A stretch of DNA of 64,000 nt from a virus. Its lineage: Duplodnaviria > Caudoviricetes. Each line of letters opens with the position of its first letter. Position 1 is the first letter of the stretch. The notes under the pieces were generated by a model. That model ran no database searches and was not told where the DNA came from. It worked only from the letters and a program-made list of their open reading frames with translations. Positions 54,567 to 63,341 of the stretch are shown here, piece after piece. The position numbers and the translations under genes are program-made. The stretch covers positions 192,001 to 256,000 of the IMG/VR virus record IMGVR_UViG_3300005326_000040; one strand, given 5' to 3'.

Positions 54567-55229
54567 ATGGACTGGAAACAGATTCGAGCTATTATTCTTG
54601 ACCACAATTTATTTATTGCAACAGTAATTGGAATTTTTGTTCTTGCTGTTGGTTTACTGATTTACGGACAATTTTTTGTTAAGGACCCAAAGGTACAAGA
54701 AATTGTAGTTTATCAGATTGAAAAAAAGCCTGTTCAATTTCCGTTAGAGCTAAATGTATCAGATGACTTCACCAAAGAACAGGTTGGGGTTCTTTCTGAA
54801 AGTTGTAGGCTTTGGGAAACAGCTACACATGGACAAGCAAAGTTCAAAATCATAAGTGATTGGCAGCCGCCAGAAGCTTTTACAGAATCTGCCTATCTGA
54901 CCTATCCTAAAAATACTGTATGGAAGAAATCCAGCACAAATCCTAATGTTGTAGGGTTAGCCTTAAAACATGGTTTTGCTGACGGAATTCAAAAAGGTAA
55001 TTTTCTTATTGTTCTGGATGACTATAACAATATCGAAAATTCAAAACTAAAAGTTGTTTTTGCTCATGAGTTAGGTCATATGATGGGTTTTGAACATCTG
55101 AAACCTCAATATCCTGGGTTGATGGATATTGGCGGCAATGACGGGCAAATCACTAAGTATGACATGATTCAATTTTGTCATCTGTATAATTGCGATAGCA
55201 ATTCGATGCTTCTTTCTAAGCCTGATTGA
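54567..55229 (+). CDS. membrane-anchored metzincin (matrixin/M10-like) metalloprotease
   Basis: HELGHMMGFEH (HExxHxxGxxH), Met-turn GLMD, N-terminal TM. Confidence 0.85.
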   Translation: MDWKQIRAIILDHNLFIATVIGIFVLAVGLLIYGQFFVKDPKVQEIVVYQIEKKPVQFPLELNVSDDFTKEQVGVLSESCRLWETATHGQAKFKIISDWQPPEAFTESAYLTYPKNTVWKKSSTNPNVVGLALKHGFADGIQKGNFLIVLDDYNNIENSKLKVVFAHELGHMMGFEHLKPQYPGLMDIGGNDGQITKYDMIQFCHLYNCDSNSMLLSKPD

Positions 55230-55281
55230 ACTTCCGTATAATTTGTCGAGCATGCGCTGGTGTTAGGAATAATGTCAGTTC

Positions 55282-55518
55282 ATGGGCGCTCACTCTACTT
55301 TGAACATTTCGCGCAAAGCAGCAGTAAAAACAATTCAAGAACAATTGAACAGAGCTTCCAATGAAGACTTGGGAAATGTTCTTTTTGATTTGTTGGGCGA
55401 CATAAGACTCTATAATTATCGAGTTTTAGATGTAGAAAACGTCAGCGATTCTGATATAGACCTAGCTGATGATTTGCTTGAATCTTGGATTGAACCTAAT
55501 TTTGAAGAAGGACTATAA
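55282..55518 (+). CDS. hypothetical protein
   Basis: 78 aa. Confidence 0.55.
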   Translation: MGAHSTLNISRKAAVKTIQEQLNRASNEDLGNVLFDLLGDIRLYNYRVLDVENVSDSDIDLADDLLESWIEPNFEEGL

Positions 55519-55519
55519 A

Positions 55520-55849
55520 ATGGATGATAACAAGCACGGTGATTTTCTTCTTGAGGCTCAGAATCTTTCTAAAGAAAGAGAAGAAAAGCTAATAGAAATT
55601 AGGGAAGCTATTAAAACAGAAATTAGAAAAGCTGCATCTACTGAAGGCAGACGATATCAGCGTACTCTTTCATCTTTTTGCTCGTATGTTTTGCATCTGG
55701 ATCTAGATAAATCAACAGTGGCAGAATTTCTGCCATATTTAGCTTATCTTTCTAATGCTTTAGTGGTGGAAGGGTTTAAAGTTACTTTTTATCCTGCCGG
55801 AAGTAAATTTGATGATGTAGGAAATATTTGGATAAGTATTGAGTGGTAA
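55520..55849 (+). CDS. hypothetical protein
   Basis: AAGGA RBS before ATG 55520. Confidence 0.6.
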   Translation: MDDNKHGDFLLEAQNLSKEREEKLIEIREAIKTEIRKAASTEGRRYQRTLSSFCSYVLHLDLDKSTVAEFLPYLAYLSNALVVEGFKVTFYPAGSKFDDVGNIWISIEW

Positions 55850-55856
55850 GATTTTT

Positions 55857-55885
55857 TTGACAATCTAGGCATACACTGATATATA
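55857..55885 (+). promoter_or_regulatory. sigma70-type promoter for the Y-like RNA/Ro60 unit
   Basis: TTGACA (55857-62), 17-nt spacer, TG-A-TATATA (-10 at 55880-85). Confidence 0.75.
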
Positions 55886-55912
55886 GACTGGGCAGACTGA
55901 AAACGAATGTAT

Positions 55913-55982
55913 TCGGGTAGTGACGTTTCGGCTACTTCATTGATAACGAAAACCAACCGGAACAATTTTTCTCCCGATTTTT
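55913..55982 (+). ncRNA. Y-like RNA copy 1 (short form)
   Basis: TCGGG/CCCGA terminal stem, TAGTGA internal loop, GTTTCGG/CCGGAAC stem, CTACTTC, U-rich tail. Confidence 0.75.
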
Positions 55983-56004
55983 CTTCGTAAAGATTTAAAC
56001 GATT

Positions 56005-56140
56005 GTGGGCAGTGATCGTATCGGTTACTTCTTGATTAGGAAAAGTGGTTCGAATCCACCTACCAATTGGTGATCATATCAAAGATTGGCGCGGAGCCCT
56101 ACTGGCGAAGGGCATCTCCGATACACCTTTCTCCCCTTTT
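56005..56140 (+). ncRNA. Y-like RNA copy 2 (YrlA-like, with a tRNA-mimic module)
   Basis: GGG-CAGTGA, GTATCGG/CCGATAC stem, TTACTTC, T arm GTGG-TTCGAAT-CCAC, closed stem CCAAT/ATTGG, D-like arm GCCCT-ACTGGCGA-AGGGC, CTCCCC-TTTT. Confidence 0.82.
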
Positions 56141-56154
56141 GTTTTTTAAGGGTT

Positions 56155-56229
56155 TAGGGAAGTGAGATTTTGGTTACTTCAATACAAACCATTGGCAAAA
56201 CCACCAGAATCAATTTTCTCCCTATTTTT
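56155..56229 (+). ncRNA. Y-like RNA copy 3 (short form)
   Basis: TAGGG/CCCTA, AAGTGA, GATTTTGG/CCAGAATC, TTACTTC, U tail. Confidence 0.75.
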
Positions 56230-56247
56230 CTCCTATAAAGGAAGTGA

Positions 56248-57858
56248 GTGAAAGTCATGAGTAAGTTTTTTCATAACAAGGCTGTTTCTCGTACGGATAG
56301 CGAATCTCACGTTAATTTCATGGGCGGAAAGTCATTTGATATTTCCAACCCAATTGTGAAGCTGCGTATTATGGCTTCTTCTTCTTTCTTTGGCGAGCCG
56401 ATGTATTACAATGACGCCAAGGAAAATAGTAAGGCGGCAAACAGTTATATTGACAGCGTAAATCGCAGCTATCTTATCGAAATACTTGGCAATGCTATTC
56501 CTCCTACTGTTGGAAAAACTCCGGCAGAACTTATGGAAGAAGCGATTGATAATGCTTTAAGCTATTCTGTAGAAGGTACTTTGCGAGAGGCTGTTCGCCT
56601 TCGTAATGAAGAAAACATGCGAACAACGCCACAAGTAATTCTTGTGCGTGCTGCTCATCACAAGTCGGCCAAGGGGACCGGTCTTGTAAACCTTTATTCT
56701 AAGGATATTATCAAGCGTGCAGATGAACCGTCTGTTGGGCTTGCATATCATGTATATCGCTATGGTAAGGCTTGTCCTATTCCGAACAGTCTAAAGAAGG
56801 CTTGGAGAAATTCTCTCCAGGGATTCAATGATTATTCTCTTGCGAAGTATCGTATGGAGAATAAGGAAGTTAAGACTGTTGACGTTGTTAATTTGGTCCA
56901 TCCCAAGTCTTTTAACATTGACAAATTAATGAAGGATCAGCTTCGTAATACTGAAAACACTTGGGAAGCTATTATTTCAGCGGAAGGTTCCAATAAGGAA
57001 AGTTGGACAAAGGCTCTGGATGTAATGGGGCACATGGCCCTCTTAAGGAATTTGCGCAACCTAATTGAAAAAGGCGTTGAGCATGATCTATACTTAGGTC
57101 AGCTTGTAGAAGGCGCACCAACAGGAAAGCAGTTCCCGTTCCGATATTATAGCGCTTACAATGTCATCAAGCAGCTTGCAGGCTCCAATGGTAGAGTTCT
57201 TGATGCTCTTGAAGAATGTATGGAGCTTTCTATTGGTAATATGCCGAAGTTTGACGGTCGATTGATGTCTCTTTGTGATAATTCAGGTTCTGCACAAAGC
57301 GCTACAACCTCGTCCGTAGGGACAATGCGGATATCACAGATTGCTAACCTTTCAGCAGTGATTGCGGGCAAGTGTGCAACTGAAGGTCACATTGGGGTTT
57401 TTGGTGATTCTTTACAGACGTTTGAGATTCGCAAGAAGTCTTCAATTTTCGAGCAGACCGAAAAGGCAGATAATATCGGCCATACAATTGGGCAGGGCAC
57501 TGAAAACGGTATTTGGTTGTTTTGGGATAAAGCCATCAAAGAGAAGCAGCACTGGGACCATGTTTTTATCTTCTCGGATATGCAGGCGGGGCACGGTGGA
57601 CTGTATGGCTTGAATCATAGGCATTATCAGGATTATCGCTGGCATGGCACGAACATGATTGATGTGCCGAAGTTGATTAATACGTATCGCAAGCAGGTTA
57701 ATCCTAATGTAATGGTTTATTGCACGCAAGTTGCGGGTTACAGCGATACGATTATGCCTGAGTTTTACGATAAGACTTTTATACTTTCCGGATGGTCGGA
57801 ATCCTTGTTTAGATTCGCCTCAGAAATGTCAAAAATCTTTGTTCCTCAAAAACAATAG
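56248..57858 (+). CDS. Ro60/Rsr-like TROVE-domain RNA-binding protein with vWA domain
   Basis: GEPMYY, MRTTPQV, RADE, KYR, HPK, TWE, GHMALLRNLRNL, QFPFRYYSAY, CDNSGS MIDAS, FSDMQ, GWSE. Confidence 0.93.
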   Translation: MKVMSKFFHNKAVSRTDSESHVNFMGGKSFDISNPIVKLRIMASSSFFGEPMYYNDAKENSKAANSYIDSVNRSYLIEILGNAIPPTVGKTPAELMEEAIDNALSYSVEGTLREAVRLRNEENMRTTPQVILVRAAHHKSAKGTGLVNLYSKDIIKRADEPSVGLAYHVYRYGKACPIPNSLKKAWRNSLQGFNDYSLAKYRMENKEVKTVDVVNLVHPKSFNIDKLMKDQLRNTENTWEAIISAEGSNKESWTKALDVMGHMALLRNLRNLIEKGVEHDLYLGQLVEGAPTGKQFPFRYYSAYNVIKQLAGSNGRVLDALEECMELSIGNMPKFDGRLMSLCDNSGSAQSATTSSVGTMRISQIANLSAVIAGKCATEGHIGVFGDSLQTFEIRKKSSIFEQTEKADNIGHTIGQGTENGIWLFWDKAIKEKQHWDHVFIFSDMQAGHGGLYGLNHRHYQDYRWHGTNMIDVPKLINTYRKQVNPNVMVYCTQVAGYSDTIMPEFYDKTFILSGWSESLFRFASEMSKIFVPQKQ

Positions 57859-57887
57859 ATCAAACTTCCAATAAAAGAAAACACTTG

Positions 57888-57926
57888 AAACCTCCTGCTT
57901 TTTGTTCTTAAAACAGGAGGTTTTCT
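57888..57926 (+). terminator. Rho-independent terminator after Ro60
   Basis: AAACCTCCTG (57888-97) pairs with CAGGAGGTTT (57914-23), followed by T-rich sequence. Confidence 0.75.
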
Positions 57927-58014
57927 TCGTCTTTTAGGCTGCAAAAAAGTTTGTCGAAAGTGTATAAGTTGTTGATTTTGTTTAGTTTTTTGAATGGCGG
58001 ATCATAAAACTTTT

Positions 58015-58044
58015 TTGACAAAAACGCGCATAGCATGGTATATA
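58015..58044 (+). promoter_or_regulatory. sigma70-type promoter with extended -10
   Basis: TTGACA (58015-20), 18-nt spacer, TG-G-TATATA. Confidence 0.7.
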
Positions 58045-58169
58045 CTATACTAACAACAACATGAGATGCAAGTCATCTCAGATATGTAGCTAAAATCACC
58101 ATAAAACGCCCCGACTTACCCGGTTAAAATTGACCAAAAATGGGGATTAACAAAGAAGGAGATATTCAA

Positions 58170-59243
58170 ATGGCTCGTAAAACAACAAGTACCACACCCG
58201 CTGTAATCGCTGCTCCAGTAGAATCCACTAAGATCGTTCGTGCTCGCGCTACTCGTTCTCGTTCAGATGTGGCTGATGCCTATTCTGAGATCGTTGACGT
58301 TCAGTCTTCGCAGGAACCTCAGGATCCTAAGATGGTAGAAATCATTCGAATGAATGAAGAGCGTGTCCGGAAGAACACCGCAGGCTTATCTGTAGATAAG
58401 GTGCTTTCGACAGTTTCAGCTACTAAGCTGGAGATGTCTCGTGCTTTGGATTCTGTTATTGAAGTAATGCAGACTAAGCTAGCTGAGCTTCAGGATGTTG
58501 CAGAAGCTGTCAATATTCATCGTTCAGAACTTGAGCGTCTTCATAAGATTGATATTGCAGCAACGTCTCTTGATCAGCTAATTGCAGAAAACACTCGCAG
58601 TCAAGCTGAATTTGAAGCTATGACGGCTGAGAAGAAGGCCGCTTGGGCTCGCGAAGATAGTGAACACGCTCGTTTTATCAAAGAGCGTAACGAAGATTTA
58701 GAGAAGCTGCGTAGACGAGAGCAGGCTGATTACGATTATAACATGTCTTTCAAACGAAAGGCAGCAGAAGACGACCTTCGGAACGCGCTCAATACGATGG
58801 ACAAGACAGCTAAAGAGCGCATCGCAGAACTTGAGAAGGATTTCAACCTTCGGAATGAGAATCTCAAGGCTCGTGAGCAGGAATTCAATGATCTTAAGGC
58901 TCAAGTTGCTGCTTTCCCGGAGGTTTTGAGGAAAGAACTCAGCGCAGCAAACGCTATTGTTACAAATACGCTGAGTAAGGCTCATCAGCAAGAAATGGCT
59001 CTTGTTCGTAAGGACATTGAGACAAATGACCGCATTTTCAAGAACGAAAATGCTGCGCTTACTGGTATGATTGCTAAACAAGCAGAGCAAATTGTTGCTC
59101 TTCAGTCTCAGCTTGAGCGCGAAAAGGAAAAGAGCCAGAGTGTTGTTCTCAAAGCACTGGATGGCGCTTCGGCTCAGATGGCTCTCCGCGAGGTTCAGAA
59201 TTTTGCAAGTTCCTCAAGAGAGACTTCTCCTAAGAAAGGCTAG
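58170..59243 (+). CDS. long coiled-coil protein
   Basis: AAGGAG RBS before ATG 58170; heptad E/K/R/A-rich; WAREDSE...RREQADYDY. Confidence 0.85.
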   Translation: MARKTTSTTPAVIAAPVESTKIVRARATRSRSDVADAYSEIVDVQSSQEPQDPKMVEIIRMNEERVRKNTAGLSVDKVLSTVSATKLEMSRALDSVIEVMQTKLAELQDVAEAVNIHRSELERLHKIDIAATSLDQLIAENTRSQAEFEAMTAEKKAAWAREDSEHARFIKERNEDLEKLRRREQADYDYNMSFKRKAAEDDLRNALNTMDKTAKERIAELEKDFNLRNENLKAREQEFNDLKAQVAAFPEVLRKELSAANAIVTNTLSKAHQQEMALVRKDIETNDRIFKNENAALTGMIAKQAEQIVALQSQLEREKEKSQSVVLKALDGASAQMALREVQNFASSSRETSPKKG

Positions 59244-59315
59244 GAATAGCTCTAACATCCAATCTGCCCAGATTTAGTTAGAGTTTCCATTTCAATGGTC
59301 GGAAATTGTCTTTGA

Positions 59316-59756
59316 GTGACTTTCCGGCCATTGATCTATCTGGAGGTAAGGAAAATGACGAAAAAAATGAAGAGCGAAGGTGTTGATCATAGGCATCCAG
59401 CTGATTATATTGTGTTTTTTAGACAATCAGACGCCAAAAGATGTAGAAATGAATGTGATTGGGTTCTTGAAAACACAGAAACAACAGAGATTGTTGCCCA
59501 CGGTAGCCTAGAGGAAATGATGGAGCTATCTAAAACATATCCAAACTCTCGTCGGGCGACATGGGCGGAAGATACATTAAGATATAAGAGCGGGATATTT
59601 TATCAAGATTATTTTATGGAGTCAGTTTTTAGTAGTATCGATGATAAGATTAAGTATGCTGATGGTTGGGATGGTAGCATACGTGAAGCTGAAGCAAAAG
59701 ATAACTGGGATTATTTCACCAAACTCAACGCGGAGCCAAAAGACGATGGCGACTGA
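59316..59756 (+). CDS. hypothetical protein
   Basis: GGAGG RBS suggests ATG 59335. Confidence 0.6.
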   Translation: MTFRPLIYLEVRKMTKKMKSEGVDHRHPADYIVFFRQSDAKRCRNECDWVLENTETTEIVAHGSLEEMMELSKTYPNSRRATWAEDTLRYKSGIFYQDYFMESVFSSIDDKIKYADGWDGSIREAEAKDNWDYFTKLNAEPKDDGD

Positions 59757-60273
59757 AACAGAATTCAAGTTCACGGTTAATAAAGACCTTCTTCCGTCTT
59801 TATCAGATGCTTTATTTCGTCCGATAAATATCAAACAATTTTACCTTTCAGTTGGGGATTCATATTCTCCAGAAGTTCGAGTAAGGATTGAAGATGGCGT
59901 AAATTATCATCATGCGGAAATGACCATTAAAAGTGCCGTAGCCGACTATGTTAGGAAAGAAGTTTCTATACCAATAGAACCGGAAAAAGTTGAAGATCTT
60001 TTAGAAATGAAGGTTGGGCATATTATTGAAAAAACACGGTATCTTTTTACAATGACTGGCGCTCATTCTCCTCAGCTTGCCGGTAAGACTTTATGGGAAA
60101 TCGATATATATAAAGGCGCAAACGAAGGATTAATAATAGCTGAGTTTGAGATTCCTAGGAACTTCGAGACAGCGTATAGTTTTACGCCTCCAGCATGGGT
60201 TCTTGAAGATGTAACTAGAATGCCTAAATATAAGAATTCTCATCTAGCTTTGACGCCTTTTGTTCGGTGGTAA
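59746..60273 (+). CDS. CYTH-domain protein (triphosphate tunnel metalloenzyme)
   Basis: ETEFKF (ExExK), VRVR, TIK, EKTRY, WEIDIY, AEFE, YKN. Confidence 0.9.
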   Translation: MATETEFKFTVNKDLLPSLSDALFRPINIKQFYLSVGDSYSPEVRVRIEDGVNYHHAEMTIKSAVADYVRKEVSIPIEPEKVEDLLEMKVGHIIEKTRYLFTMTGAHSPQLAGKTLWEIDIYKGANEGLIIAEFEIPRNFETAYSFTPPAWVLEDVTRMPKYKNSHLALTPFVRW

Positions 60274-60274
60274 A

Positions 60275-60772
60275 ATGGATAAAATCATAAAAAATTTGTA
60301 TTTAGGCAATATCAAAGATGGACAAAACTGTCTTCTTGAAGGCGGATATGCTGTATTGAGTGTTGGAGAAGAGTTTAACGAATTTGGCGGGGAGGATGGC
60401 GTTGTCAGAATTCCATTGAGGAATCCAACCGATTGCGATTGGAAGAATATTCCAATGTGGGATAAGACTGGTGACGAGATTTTGAATTGGTTGGAGGTTG
60501 GGATGAAGTTTATTTCATCTCATATCAAAGAGAAACCAGTAATTGTTCATTGTATGGCAGGCAAGTCTCGTTCAGTGTCGTTTATTTGGGCCTATTTGAT
60601 GAGTTGTGGTTGTGAACCAGTATACGCATATCGAATAATAAAGAAAGCCCGCCCTATTGCTGAACCACATTTTGGGTTTTTGAAGAGCATTTTAGGTTGG
60701 TTTGGATTTGACAAAGTACAAACTGACGACATAATAGAAAACATCAAAGAAATTAATAAGAATGGTGGCTGA
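60275..60772 (+). CDS. dual-specificity protein phosphatase
   Basis: LYLGN; VHCMAGKSRS (HCx5R); KARPIAEPHFGF. Confidence 0.92.
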   Translation: MDKIIKNLYLGNIKDGQNCLLEGGYAVLSVGEEFNEFGGEDGVVRIPLRNPTDCDWKNIPMWDKTGDEILNWLEVGMKFISSHIKEKPVIVHCMAGKSRSVSFIWAYLMSCGCEPVYAYRIIKKARPIAEPHFGFLKSILGWFGFDKVQTDDIIENIKEINKNGG

Positions 60773-60800
60773 AGCGGCGAGATTCTAAAGCAAAGAAGAA

Positions 60801-61223
60801 ATGATTAAAGAAATAGAGTTTCCTCTTCCAACAATTCGTGAGAAACCAATCTATTGGGGACAGAAGATACGTGTTCGTTTGAAGCAAACAGAGTGGCAAA
60901 AAAAGAATCGTTTGCTTTCTCTGTATGATTTTGTTGGCTTCAGCTTAGATCAATCTTTTGTTTCCGAATTTGCTGAGCTTGCTGGGGTTGACGAAAATTT
61001 TGCTCAAGAGTTTTTGATGGTGTTCTATGACGAGATAAAGAAATGTCTTATCACAGGGCACATTATACAGCTTGATAGGCTTGGTAAATTCTATCTTGGG
61101 CAGGGTAATATGGATGAAAAACAAAAAGTACACGATTGTATCAACCCAAGGAACGTAAAACCAAGATTTTCAGCCATGGAATCTCTACGGAGAAAATTAA
61201 GAGACCTCTACAAAAGTAGCTAG
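60801..61223 (+). CDS. HU/IHF-like DNA-binding protein with N-terminal extension
   Basis: IKKCLITGHIIQLDRLGKF...KPRFSAMESLR. Confidence 0.65.
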   Translation: MIKEIEFPLPTIREKPIYWGQKIRVRLKQTEWQKKNRLLSLYDFVGFSLDQSFVSEFAELAGVDENFAQEFLMVFYDEIKKCLITGHIIQLDRLGKFYLGQGNMDEKQKVHDCINPRNVKPRFSAMESLRRKLRDLYKSS

Positions 61224-61244
61224 TAAATTCTCGTCGAGCTTTCC

Positions 61245-63341
61245 TTGGCTGCGAAGCATAATAAAGCAGCCATGATCACTAAAGCAAAAAAATCATCTGA
61301 AACATCTGTCAAGAATTCTAAAAAGTTTGCGCCTGAAGTGGCAACATCAGGGCAAAATATCCTTATTATTGTAGAAAGTCCCAATAAGATTAAGACGATT
61401 GTTTCCTATTTACCAAAGGACAATCGTTATAGGGTATTGCCTTCTGTGGGACATATTGCCGATTTAGCTAAAACAGGCGCTTACAATCTAGGGTTAGACC
61501 TTAACGACAAATATAAGCCATCGTTTGTTCTTTCTACAGACCGGACAGAGGTTATTAGAGCGATTCTGGAGGCGGCAAAGTTAGCCGATAAGATTCTAAT
61601 TGCCACAGACCCTGACAGAGAGGGAGAGCATATTGGTTTTAGTGTCGTTGAAAAGGTAAGATGTTTTGGAAAACCAATTAAGCGTATTGAAATTCATAAG
61701 ATTACCAAGCAGGGAATTGCTGATGCTCTCGCTATGGAGCGGGATATTGATGAAGACTTAGTAGAGTCAGCTGTAGCTAGAAGGGTCTTGGATAGAGTGG
61801 TTGGTTTTCTAGCTAGTCCGTTGATTATTAAGCGTCTTGGAAAAGGTCTTTCAGCAGGGCGGGTTCAATCTGTTGCTCTTCGGATGGTTGTGGAGAAAGA
61901 ACGAGAGATTGAAGCTTTTAAACCTGAAGAATATTGGAACATTCAAGCTTCTTTGGTTAAATTCGCCGATGATATTGTGTTTGCTGCCAAGTATCATTCT
62001 GATAAAACTGTCTCTAATGAAAAGGATGCAACAGCAATCAAAAAGGAATTGGAAGAGTCGTCGTTTACCGTTGCAAAGATAGATGCAAAAGAGGCAAAAA
62101 AGAATCCGCCAACACCGATTACAACGTCTAAGCTTCATCAATTGTCGTCCGCTAGGTTTGGTTTTAGTGGGCAACGAACGATGAAGGCTGCGCAAAGACT
62201 GTATGAGAGCGGTCGAATCACTTATATACGTACAGACTCTATTCGTCAGGCAGCAGAAGCCGTTCAGGAGATTAGAAAGTGGCTTGGTTCGAACAAGCCT
62301 GCTAGTCTTCCTTCTAGCCCGATACTATATAAGAACAAATCCGGCTCGGCACAAGACGCGCATGAAGCTATTCGACCCACTGACATTAGCGATATTCCAA
62401 TTAGAAGCTGTGTGACGGATGAAGACAAGCTCTATAAATTGATTTGGGAAGTTACTGTTGCGTCTCAGATGACACCAGCCATTTATGATACAACTACGGT
62501 GTCTATAAAAACCAACAAGAAGCGAGAATTAAGAGCAACCGGGAGCGTTTTGAGGGACCCAGGATGGCTTACAGTAACCCAATACGCTGATCTTGAAAAA
62601 GAAGAAGAGAAAGATTCTAAATTACCAGCAATGGTGGTTGGTGACGTGTTGAATTTGGTGCCGCCTAGGGTGACAGCAGAGCAGAAATTTACAAAGCCGC
62701 CCAAGAGATATACTGAAGGTTCTTTGGTAAAGGAACTGGAGAAAAAAGGAATAGGGCGACCTTCAACTTACGCCGACATTACAAACAAAATTACGTCAAG
62801 AGAATACATTTCAAAGACGGGCAATTCGTTTGTAGCTACAGAAACAGGGAAAAAGATTGTAGATTTTCTTATTAAGTACTTTGATTTTATGCAGTATGAT
62901 TATACTTCAGGGATGGAAGAAAAACTTGACAAAATTGCTAAGGGTGAATTCAGTTATGAAGCAATGATGGAAGAGTTTTACCCACTATTCAAGAGAACTG
63001 TAGACAAAGCTTACGACGAAACTATGGTGGATAGTGGAACAGACGTTAAATGCCCGAAGTGTGGTCGTAGAATGGAAAAGAAAAAAGGTGCATTTGGTGA
63101 ATTCTTGGGGTGTTCAGGTTATCCCGAATGCAAGGGCATTATGAATTTTGAAATGGTAAATGGTGAGATGAAAGTTAAGGAGCGAGGCGTAGAAGGTCTG
63201 GTGTCGGATGCACCAGAAGATATGCTTTGTCCTGACTGCGGCGGCAAGATGCTTCAGAAGGTTGGTCGTTTTGGTAAATTCTATTCGTGTGCAAAGTATC
63301 CAAAATGTAAAGGGACGAAGGCACTTTGGAGCAGAAGTTGA
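61245..63341 (+). CDS. topA: DNA topoisomerase I (type IA)
   Basis: IIVESPNK TOPRIM, ATDPDREGE, SAGRVQS, catalytic ITYIRTDS, AHEAIRPT, GIGRPSTY, two C-terminal Zn ribbons. Confidence 0.96.
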   Translation: MAAKHNKAAMITKAKKSSETSVKNSKKFAPEVATSGQNILIIVESPNKIKTIVSYLPKDNRYRVLPSVGHIADLAKTGAYNLGLDLNDKYKPSFVLSTDRTEVIRAILEAAKLADKILIATDPDREGEHIGFSVVEKVRCFGKPIKRIEIHKITKQGIADALAMERDIDEDLVESAVARRVLDRVVGFLASPLIIKRLGKGLSAGRVQSVALRMVVEKEREIEAFKPEEYWNIQASLVKFADDIVFAAKYHSDKTVSNEKDATAIKKELEESSFTVAKIDAKEAKKNPPTPITTSKLHQLSSARFGFSGQRTMKAAQRLYESGRITYIRTDSIRQAAEAVQEIRKWLGSNKPASLPSSPILYKNKSGSAQDAHEAIRPTDISDIPIRSCVTDEDKLYKLIWEVTVASQMTPAIYDTTTVSIKTNKKRELRATGSVLRDPGWLTVTQYADLEKEEEKDSKLPAMVVGDVLNLVPPRVTAEQKFTKPPKRYTEGSLVKELEKKGIGRPSTYADITNKITSREYISKTGNSFVATETGKKIVDFLIKYFDFMQYDYTSGMEEKLDKIAKGEFSYEAMMEEFYPLFKRTVDKAYDETMVDSGTDVKCPKCGRRMEKKKGAFGEFLGCSGYPECKGIMNFEMVNGEMKVKERGVEGLVSDAPEDMLCPDCGGKMLQKVGRFGKFYSCAKYPKCKGTKALWSRS

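Noticed and set aside
55913-56229. CRISPR mini-array or a run of plain terminators
   Set aside because: The shared motifs are split into 5' and 3' halves that pair around a variable core, and one copy holds a tRNA T arm. They lie between a promoter and Ro60. A terminator-like contribution of the U tails to processing cannot be excluded.
16362-58131. Shared 12-mer CCCGGTTAAAAT near 16362 and 58119
   Set aside because: Many 12-mer matches are expected by chance in 64 kb of AT-rich DNA, and the two contexts differ (coding versus leader).
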